Source: an uncultured Desulfovibrio sp.
GTDB lineage: Bacteria; Desulfobacterota; Desulfovibrionia; Desulfovibrionales; Desulfovibrionaceae
Direction of reading: 5' to 3'
Assembly: GCF_910584445.1 (NCBI RefSeq)
Contig: NZ_CAJUBO010000006.1
Location: 42,240-106,239, forward strand
Length of the DNA stretch: 64,000 nucleotides
The position numbers were made by a program, and so were the translations under genes. Under the pieces are notes generated by a model. The model did not search any database. It saw only the letters and a list, made by a program, of their open reading frames with translations, and was not told where the DNA came from. Of the stretch, positions 57,227-64,000 are shown piece after piece (the first letter of the stretch is position 1; each line of letters begins with the position of its first letter).

Positions 57227-58113
57227 TCCGCCTCACTGCGGGCTGCAAGGTGAATCTCGGCCTGCGCGTCCTCGGCCGCAGGCCGGACGGCTACCATGAG
57301 CTGGATTCCCTCTTCTGGCCGCTGGCCGCGCCGCGCGACGAACTGCGCATCCGCCATCGGCCGGGAGCCGGCATCATCGTGCGCTGCGATGCTCCGGGCA
57401 TCGACCCCGCCCGCAATACTCTCACCAAGGCCCATGCCGCCTTTCTGGCCGCCGCGGGGGAGGCGCCCGGGGTGGAAGTGGAACTTGTCAAGCGCATCCC
57501 GTCGGGCGCCGGCCTGGGCGGCGGCAGCAGCGACGCGGCCGCCCTCCTGCTCTGGCTCGATTCCCTGCGTGAGCGCCCGCTCCCGCAGGCGGCGCTGGCG
57601 CAGGCGGCGCTGGCCGTCGGGTCCGATGTGCCGTTCTTCCTCAGCGGCCGTCCCAGCCGGGTGCGCGGTATCGGTGAGATGGTGGAACCGCTGGAAGATG
57701 ACTGGCCGCCCCTGTTTCTCGTCCTCGTCTGCCCCGGTATCCATGTGGCGACGGGGCAGGCCTTCGCGCGGCTGGATGAACTGCGGGCCGGGGGCGCTTC
57801 CGGCGCCGCATGCCGCGCCCAAAACAGCTTGACAAAGCGCGCGTGCGCGGTTAATGGAGTTCTTCTCTTTGGAACGGCGCGCCTTGATCTGCACAATGAT
57901 CTTGAGGCCGCCGTCTTCCCCCGGCATCCGCAGCTTGCCCGACTCAAGGCGGAGCTTGGGCGGCTCGGGGCGCTGGCAGCCGGCATGACCGGCAGCGGCT
58001 CAAGCGTGTTCGGGCTTTTCGCGGCGGAGGCGGCGGCACAGGATGCCGCGACCCGGCTGCGCGGCGCATATCCGCGCGTCTATTGCCAGGCACTGGGGAC
58101 CGCTGGGATGTAG
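57223..58113 (+). CDS. ispE: 4-diphosphocytidyl-2-C-methyl-D-erythritol kinase
   Basis: KVNLGLRV and the GHMP kinase motif [19 protein letters not shown] start overlaps the hslV stop (GTGA). Confidence 0.9.
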   Translation: MIRLTAGCKVNLGLRVLGRRPDGYHELDSLFWPLAAPRDELRIRHRPGAGIIVRCDAPGIDPARNTLTKAHAAFLAAAGEAPGVEVELVKRIPSGAGLGGGSSDAAALLLWLDSLRERPLPQAALAQAALAVGSDVPFFLSGRPSRVRGIGEMVEPLEDDWPPLFLVLVCPGIHVATGQAFARLDELRAGGASGAACRAQNSLTKRACAVNGVLLFGTARLDLHNDLEAAVFPRHPQLARLKAELGRLGALAAGMTGSGSSVFGLFAAEAAAQDAATRLRGAYPRVYCQALGTAGM

Positions 58114-58178
58114 CCAAGTGGTAAGGCAACGGGTTTTGGCTCCGTCATCCGAAGGTTCGAACCCTTCCATCCCAGCCA
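58104..58178 (+). tRNA. tRNA-Gln (anticodon TTG)
   Basis: Acceptor TGGGATG/CATCCCA, anticodon loop TTTTGGC, T-arm GAAGG-TTCGAAC-CCTTC, encoded CCA. 75 nt. Confidence 0.9.
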
Positions 58179-58238
58179 AACTGCGGCAGCGCCAGATGAC
58201 CACTGTCGGTTTTTGAACGGATTTGCCAAGGCGGCTCC

Positions 58239-59186
58239 ATGTTCAGCGACCTGAAAATCGTCACGGGTTCCTCCAATCCCGAGCTTGCCCGATCCATCTG
58301 CGATCATCTGGGCTGTCAGCTCACCCCCACCCTTGCCACCACATTCAGCGACGGCGAGTTGCGGATCGAGATCGGCGACAATGTGCGCGAGGACGACGTT
58401 TTTGTCGTCCAGCCCACATGCCCGCCGGAAGTGAACCGCAACTTCATGCAGCTCTGCCTGATGATGGACGCCCTCAAACGTGCCAGCGCCGGGCGCATCA
58501 CAGCGGTCATCCCCTACTATGCCTATGCGCGCCAGGATCGCAAGGTCAGCCCGCGCGCGCCCATCAGCGCCAAGATGGTGGCGGATTTCATCAGCGTGGC
58601 CGGAGCGGACAGGGTCGTCACCATCGACCTCCACGCGGGCCAGATCCAGGGCTTTTTCAACTGCCCGGTGGACAATCTTTTTGCCGTGCCCGTCATGATG
58701 GACAGCCTGCGCGACCTGCACGAGGACAATATCGTCATCGTCTCGCCGGACGCGGGCGGCGTGGAGCGCGCCAGGGCCTATGCCAAGCGGCTCAACGCGC
58801 CGCTCGCCATCGTGGACAAGCGGCGCGACAAGCCCAATCAGGCCCAGGCCATGCACGTCATCGGCGATGTGGAGGGCCGCGTCGCCATTGTGGTGGACGA
58901 CATGATCGACACGGCGGGCACGCTCTGCGCCGGCGCGGAGGTGCTCCTCAGCTACGGCGCCACCCGCATCGTGGCCTGCGCCACGCATCCGGTGCTTTCC
59001 GGACCGGCCATTGACCGCATCAATGCGACGGACGCCCTTTCGCAGGTCATCGTGACGGACACCATTCCTCTGGGCGACAAACTGGAGCGCTGCCCCAAGC
59101 TCAAGGTGGCTTCCGTGGCCGCGCTTCTCGGCAAGACCATCCACAATATCCATACGGGTTCCTCGGTGAGCGTGCTCTTCGTGTAG
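58239..59186 (+). CDS. prs: Ribose-phosphate pyrophosphokinase
   Basis: YYAYARQDRK and VDDMIDTAGT PRPP motifs. Confidence 0.96.
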   Translation: MFSDLKIVTGSSNPELARSICDHLGCQLTPTLATTFSDGELRIEIGDNVREDDVFVVQPTCPPEVNRNFMQLCLMMDALKRASAGRITAVIPYYAYARQDRKVSPRAPISAKMVADFISVAGADRVVTIDLHAGQIQGFFNCPVDNLFAVPVMMDSLRDLHEDNIVIVSPDAGGVERARAYAKRLNAPLAIVDKRRDKPNQAQAMHVIGDVEGRVAIVVDDMIDTAGTLCAGAEVLLSYGATRIVACATHPVLSGPAIDRINATDALSQVIVTDTIPLGDKLERCPKLKVASVAALLGKTIHNIHTGSSVSVLFV

Positions 59187-59249
59187 CATGGCGGGGATCT
59201 TCAGGATGAACAGTTTCCGCACGTTTCGGCGGTCAGCAAGGAGAGGGAG

Positions 59250-59861
59250 ATGAGCATCGAAAAGACATTGAATGTGCAGAAGCGCGACGCCCGCGGCAAA
59301 GGGGCCAACGGTCGTCTGCGTTCCAGGGACATGGTGCCCGGCGTCTTCTATACCGCCTCGGGCGAGAACATCATGGTCCAGGCGCCGACCCTGCCGCTGG
59401 AAAAGCTCTACGAATCCGTGGGACACACCACTGTGTTCAATCTGGAGATAGAGAACGACGGCGCCAAAGAAGTGCATCCCGTCCTCATCTGGCAGGTGCA
59501 GCGCCATCCCTACAAAAACTGCTTCCTGCATATCGACTACTACGGCGTCGATCTGAACAAGGAAGTCAAGGTGGATGTGCCGCTGGAATTCGTGGGCGTT
59601 GCCAAGGGCACCAAGCTCGGCGGCATCCTTGAGACCTATCGCGAATATGTGCGCCTTGCCAGCAAGCCCATGGACATGCCGCAAAAGGTCGTTGTGGACG
59701 TGACGGAGATGAATATCGGCGACACCATTTCCGTGGCCGATCTCAAGCTTCCCGAAAATGTTTCCGCCGTCCATGACAGGAATTTCGCCATTGTCAGCGT
59801 GCTCGCCAAGAGCAAGGATGATGTGGCGGAAGAGGGCGAAACCGAGGAAGCCGCCGAATAG
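59250..59861 (+). CDS. rplY: 50S ribosomal protein L25 / general stress protein Ctc
   Basis: KRDARGKGANGRLR..VPGVFY...HIDYYGVD, with an acidic C-terminal tail. Confidence 0.9.
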   Translation: MSIEKTLNVQKRDARGKGANGRLRSRDMVPGVFYTASGENIMVQAPTLPLEKLYESVGHTTVFNLEIENDGAKEVHPVLIWQVQRHPYKNCFLHIDYYGVDLNKEVKVDVPLEFVGVAKGTKLGGILETYREYVRLASKPMDMPQKVVVDVTEMNIGDTISVADLKLPENVSAVHDRNFAIVSVLAKSKDDVAEEGETEEAAE

Positions 59862-59940
59862 GCGTCCCTTCATGGCCCTGCCCGGCGGACGGCGCTTTCG
59901 GCAGCGTCCTGGCTGTGGCGCGGCGTTTGTCACCATTTTG

Positions 59941-59968
59941 AGGCCGGCCCTCGCGGGTCGGCCTTTTC
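59941..59968 (+). terminator. Rho-independent terminator after rplY/ctc
   Basis: AGGCCGGCCC-tcgc-GGGTCGGCCT (one mismatch) followed by TTTTCT. Confidence 0.6.
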
Positions 59969-59981
59969 TGCTGTTACGGAT

Positions 59982-60872
59982 ATGCCCCACTCCACCTTGC
60001 GCTTGCAACGCCTCCGGCGAAACGGCCACAGCCTTGCGCTGGAAATCCGGCCCAACCCCGGCGCCGGGACCATGCTCTTCTATCCGGGAACCATGCTTTC
60101 GCCCCGGCAATACAGCCCGCTCATGGCCGCACTGCGGGAAGCCGGCTTTGCCGTGGCGGGGCTGCATCCTGAAGGCCATGGCGTCAATCCGCGCCGGAGC
60201 GGTTTTACCTTCGCTTCGCTCCTTGAGGATGGACTCTTCGCCGAGCGGTGGCTCCAGGACGCGGGCTTCGGCCCGGTGGCCGTGTGCGGACACAGCCAGG
60301 GCGGCATCCTCAGCGCGGCCCATGCCGGGATCTCAACCACCCTCACGGCCGCGTTCTCCATCTGCGCCATCCTGCCGCAGATGCCGCAGGCCATTGCCCT
60401 GACCCGTTTCGCGCGCCTTGCGGACCGGCGCGCAAAGCTCGAACGCGGCATCGCCGCCCTGGGCCGCATCCTGCCGCGCCTGCCTGTTCCGCTGGCCTGC
60501 TATCTCCCTGTCCGGCGGGTCCTGGCCGGCCATCGCGATATCCGCATCGACAGGCGCGGCAGTCGCCTCACCTATCCACTGGGCTTTCTGGCAAGCCTTT
60601 TCAGCGCGCGCGTTTCTCCCCTGCTCCACTGCCCGTTCCGACTCTACAATGCCGGCGATGACGCCCTGTTCACGCCAGCGCTTGCCCGTGCGTTCCTCAG
60701 CGAGATCCAGGCTCCGACGAAGACGCTCGTCTGGCTCCCCGGGGGAGGACACCTCGCGCCCATGGACCCGGCCCTTGCCCGCTTCATCGCCCGTGATGCG
60801 GCCGCCGTCTGCGCGGGCCTGGGCATGCCCTTGCGCCTCGAGGCGCAGGACACGCCCACTGCGACGGTCTGA
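59982..60872 (+). CDS. Alpha/beta-fold hydrolase
   Basis: Nucleophile elbow GHSQGG, N-terminal YPG oxyanion-type region, C-terminal GGGH. Confidence 0.7.
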   Translation: MPHSTLRLQRLRRNGHSLALEIRPNPGAGTMLFYPGTMLSPRQYSPLMAALREAGFAVAGLHPEGHGVNPRRSGFTFASLLEDGLFAERWLQDAGFGPVAVCGHSQGGILSAAHAGISTTLTAAFSICAILPQMPQAIALTRFARLADRRAKLERGIAALGRILPRLPVPLACYLPVRRVLAGHRDIRIDRRGSRLTYPLGFLASLFSARVSPLLHCPFRLYNAGDDALFTPALARAFLSEIQAPTKTLVWLPGGGHLAPMDPALARFIARDAAAVCAGLGMPLRLEAQDTPTATV

Positions 60873-60897
60873 AGCAAAACCAGCCACGGAGGAAGTC

Positions 60898-61530
60898 ATG
60901 GAATATGCAGGCGCGTTGGTGGGTCTGGGAAATCCCGGCAACAAATATGCGGGCACACGGCATAACTGCGGCTTCGCCTTCGTGGACCGCCTGCTCGCCC
61001 AGGCGCGGGAAACGGGGCGCGTGGAACCCCTGAACGGCGGCAAGTTCCAGTGCGATCTCTGGCGCTTCAGCATGCCGGGGCTGCGTGGCACCTGGCTCGC
61101 GGCCATGCCCCTGACCATGATGAACGCCAGCGGGCACTGCGTCCAGCCCCTGCTTGCCTGGCACAGGATCACGCCCGGCCGGCTCATCGTGGCCCATGAC
61201 GAACTGGACATCCCGGCCGGCGAACTGCGCTTCAAGGTCGGCGGCGGCAATGCCGGGCACAATGGTCTCGCCTCCATCCGCGACCAGCTGGGCACGCCGG
61301 ATTTCGCCCGCCTGAGGATCGGCATCGGCAGACCGCCGCACAAGGGCGACGTCATCAACTGGGTGCTGGGGCGCCCCGATGCGGAAGACGCGGCACGCAT
61401 CGCCGGCGCCATGCCCGCCGCCAGGGAGGTTTTCTTCGCCGCCGCCGGGGGGGACGCGGCCGGAGCGGCCAGACTGGCGCGCGCGGCCGCCGTGCCCGCC
61501 CATGAGACCGGGGAAACGGAGGCCCGGTGA
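60898..61530 (+). CDS. pth: Peptidyl-tRNA hydrolase
   Basis: LVGLGNPGNKYAGTRHNCGF and HDELD. GGAGGAAG RBS. Confidence 0.93.
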   Translation: MEYAGALVGLGNPGNKYAGTRHNCGFAFVDRLLAQARETGRVEPLNGGKFQCDLWRFSMPGLRGTWLAAMPLTMMNASGHCVQPLLAWHRITPGRLIVAHDELDIPAGELRFKVGGGNAGHNGLASIRDQLGTPDFARLRIGIGRPPHKGDVINWVLGRPDAEDAARIAGAMPAAREVFFAAAGGDAAGAARLARAAAVPAHETGETEAR

Positions 61531-61741
61531 AAAAAAGAAAAAAGGCTCCCTCACTGGACACCCATATGTGATTGTGTTACAAGTTAAGCATAGTCGTATT
61601 TTGGCCCCCTTGCGAAACCTTGTCCTTGTCCCTGCCTCTCCCCCACGGGAATCGGCCACCCGGACGCAGCCGGGAGCCGCCGCAGTGATGAACCAACCAT
61701 CCACAATCTGCGTAGTTGCGCCTCAGGCACGGGGAAGGCAT

Positions 61742-62266
61742 ATGTTCGCACCGGACAATCTCGTGGTTTATCCGGCCCAGGGCGTGGGCAGGATCGAGCG
61801 CATCGACCACAAGGACATCGGCGGCGTTGCCTGCGAATTTTATATCGTGCGCATCCGGGCCAATAGCATCACGCTCATGGTCCCCGTGCATAACGCCATC
61901 AATGTGGGCTTGCGTTCGCTCATCACACGCAAGGAGGCGGCCCGCATCCTTGACGCGCTCCGCAGCGACCGCGAACGCACCGTCTTCACCGGCCAGAACT
62001 GGAACCGCCGCTTCCGCGAATATTCCGAACGCCTGAAAAGCCCGGATCTTGCCGTTGTGGCCGACGTGCTGCGCGAACTGCTGCTCATCGGCCGCACCAA
62101 GGAACTCTCGTTCGGCGAGCGGCGCCTTCTGGAACAGGCCATGAGCCTCGTGGGCGGAGAGCTGGCGGAAGTGCTCGGCCTTTCGCAGGACGAACTGCGA
62201 GAGGAGCTGCTTGCGCTGTATGCGGCGCCCCAGGCCGTTGCCGAAGCCCAGTGCAAAAGTGCCTGA
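61742..62266 (+). CDS. carD: CarD/CdnL family transcriptional regulator
   Basis: VVYPAQGVGRIERI (RNAP-interacting Tudor-like domain) and NWNRRFREY. Confidence 0.88.
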   Translation: MFAPDNLVVYPAQGVGRIERIDHKDIGGVACEFYIVRIRANSITLMVPVHNAINVGLRSLITRKEAARILDALRSDRERTVFTGQNWNRRFREYSERLKSPDLAVVADVLRELLLIGRTKELSFGERRLLEQAMSLVGGELAEVLGLSQDELREELLALYAAPQAVAEAQCKSA

Positions 62267-62537
62267 GCATCAGGCAAGACATCCCCCACTTCGCAGCTCA
62301 CGCGGTCGCAGATCACGCGCCCGGCATGGAACGCGCCCTCGCGCGACCGTTTGCCCGCGCGGGCGGCAGGGCATTTTGCAGATCACGATGTGCATGCATG
62401 TCCACAGTCTGTTGCGCGTTGGGAGGCCCATGCGGCCGGACCGCCCTGCGCGCCGCCCGGATATTCCCCGGAACCATTCCATTTGGGGCACCGGATAGCG
62501 CGACAGTCCCGTTTTTTGAAAATCCTCACCTTTTTTC

Positions 62538-62566
62538 TTGCTATTTGTGACGAAATGCCCTAAGTT
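62538..62566 (+). promoter_or_regulatory. Candidate sigma-70 promoter for rho
   Basis: TTGCTA (62538-62543), 17-nt spacer, TAAGTT (62561-62566), in an AT-rich island. Confidence 0.3.
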
Positions 62567-62719
62567 TTTTGCCGCACATCTGTACTTCATCCCATCCCAT
62601 TGTCCTTTTGGGCCTCAGTGTCCGGCATGCGACATACATGCCTCCACCGTTGTTTGAAACCATCAGTACCCTGTATGCGCAAGAAAAAAACCACACCCGC
62701 CCTCCTTACTGACAGCGGC

Positions 62720-63970
62720 ATGAGCCTCACTGACCTGAAAACCCGCAGCATGCAAGAGCTTATGGAGCTTGCGGAACAGTATGAGATCGAAAATGCAAGC
62801 TCCATGCGCAAGCAGGAACTCATCTTCGCCCTCCTGTCCACCTGCGCTTCACAAAACGGCGCCATCTACGGCGACGGTGTCCTTGAGATCCTGCCGGACG
62901 GTTTCGGTTTTCTCCGCTCGCCGCTCTACAGCTTCATGCCCGGGCCGGACGACATCTATGTCTCCCCCTCCCAGATCCGGCGCTTTTCCCTGCGCAAGGG
63001 CGATGTGGTTTCGGGCCAGATCCGGCCGCCCAAGGAGGGGGAACGGTATTTCGCCCTGCTCAAGGTGACGGAGATCGGTTTCGAGCCGCCGGAAAACGCC
63101 AAGAATCTCGTCCTGTTCGACAACCTCACGCCCATCTATCCCGATCACCAGCTCGTCATGGAAGATGGCGAGAAAAATCTCTCCAACCGCGTCATTGACC
63201 TCATGGCCCCCATCGGCTGCGGCCAGCGCGGCCTTATCGTGGCCCCGCCGCGCACGGGCAAGACCATCCTGCTCCAGTCGCTCGCCAATGCCATCAATGC
63301 CAATAATCCTGACGTGTACCTCATCGTCCTGCTCATCGACGAGCGCCCCGAGGAAGTGACGGACATGGAGCGCACGGTCAAAAAGGCGGAAGTCATCAGC
63401 TCCACCTTCGATGAACCGCCGCAGCGCCATGTCCAGGTCTGTGAAATGGTGCTGGAAAAGGCCAAGCGACTGGTGGAACGCAAGCGTGATGTGGTCATCC
63501 TGCTTGATTCCATCACCCGTCTCGGCCGGGCGTACAATGCCGTGACCCCGTCCTCCGGCCGCGTGCTTTCCGGCGGTCTGGACGCCAACGCCCTCCAGCG
63601 GCCCAAGCGCTTCTTCGGCGCCGCCCGCAATATTGAAGAAGGCGGCAGCCTGACCATTATCGCCACGGCGCTCATCGATACCGGCTCGCGCATGGATGAG
63701 GTCATTTTCGAAGAGTTCAAGGGCACGGGCAATATGGAGATCTATCTCGACCGCCATCTCTCCGAAAAACGCGTTTTCCCGGCCATCGACATCAACCGCA
63801 CCGGCACGCGCAAGGAAGATCTGCTCCTGCCCGACGATGTGCTCAACAGGGTCTGGCTGCTGCGCAAGATCCTCGCGCCCATGGCCCCGCTCGACAGCAT
63901 GGAGTTCCTCCTCGACAAAATGCGCGGCACTCCCTCCAACAAGGATTTCCTGAACGCCATGGGCAAGTAG
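62720..63970 (+). CDS. rho: Transcription termination factor Rho
   Basis: [25 protein letters not shown].., Walker A PPRTGKT and [18 protein letters not shown]. Alternative in-frame starts at 62675 and 62600. Confidence 0.93.
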   Translation: MSLTDLKTRSMQELMELAEQYEIENASSMRKQELIFALLSTCASQNGAIYGDGVLEILPDGFGFLRSPLYSFMPGPDDIYVSPSQIRRFSLRKGDVVSGQIRPPKEGERYFALLKVTEIGFEPPENAKNLVLFDNLTPIYPDHQLVMEDGEKNLSNRVIDLMAPIGCGQRGLIVAPPRTGKTILLQSLANAINANNPDVYLIVLLIDERPEEVTDMERTVKKAEVISSTFDEPPQRHVQVCEMVLEKAKRLVERKRDVVILLDSITRLGRAYNAVTPSSGRVLSGGLDANALQRPKRFFGAARNIEEGGSLTIIATALIDTGSRMDEVIFEEFKGTGNMEIYLDRHLSEKRVFPAIDINRTGTRKEDLLLPDDVLNRVWLLRKILAPMAPLDSMEFLLDKMRGTPSNKDFLNAMGK

Positions 63971-64000
63971 CCCGGGCGTTCCCGGGCCGTGACGAGGCGC

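Noticed and set aside
58080-60323. 747-aa minus-strand ORF
   Set aside because: Antisense to tRNA-Gln, prs and ctc. Contains the typical tRNA-antisense peptide. Not coding.
1-64000. Selenocysteine recoding, programmed frameshifts, CRISPR arrays and defence islands
   Set aside because: I saw no same-frame ORF pairs split by a single TGA, no gene fragments needing a frameshift, no spaced repeat arrays and no nuclease/ATPase defence-type genes. Only a SECIS or HMM scan of the full window could exclude weak cases.

Overview
GC-rich bacterial chromosomal window (about two-thirds G+C by eye, not computed). The gene content (nrfHA cytochrome c nitrite reductase, TauE exporter, short B12-type MetH, MJ0042 zinc-ribbon proteins) fits a Desulfovibrio-like deltaproteobacterium; that assignment is inference. 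I call about 60 protein genes and 2 tRNAs (Leu-TAA, Gln-TTG). I saw no rRNA, CRISPR array, transposase, integrase, phage gene or recognisable defence gene. Most of the window is housekeeping: amidase, skp, fabZ, acs, HU, murI, infA, pgpA, maf, ruvAB, hpt, metH, an rpoH-like sigma factor, rpiB, cysS, hslV, ispE, prs, L25/Ctc, pth, carD, rho. One minus-strand envelope block runs fliD-fliS, a BOF/YgiW protein, an mdtABC-type RND pump and diaminopropionate ammonia-lyase. Points worth a second look: (1) a candidate yybP-ykoY (Mn2+) riboswitch with a terminator expression platform ahead of a CaCA-family cation exchanger; (2) a modular family of AT-rich hairpin repeats with conserved flanking blocks at four loci (about 3.9, 19.8, 36.6 and 40.8 kb); (3) a FliD filament cap of about 1097 aa with a repeat-containing central insert, behind a near-consensus sigma-28 promoter, next to a FliS with a long C-terminal tail; (4) tandem DUF3298-type paralogues; (5) an orphan feoA behind a Fur-like palindrome; (6) an rpoH-like sigma factor with an acidic N-terminal extension. 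I did not find a convincing new multi-gene system. The very long ORFs antisense to real genes are treated as GC-shadow artefacts.
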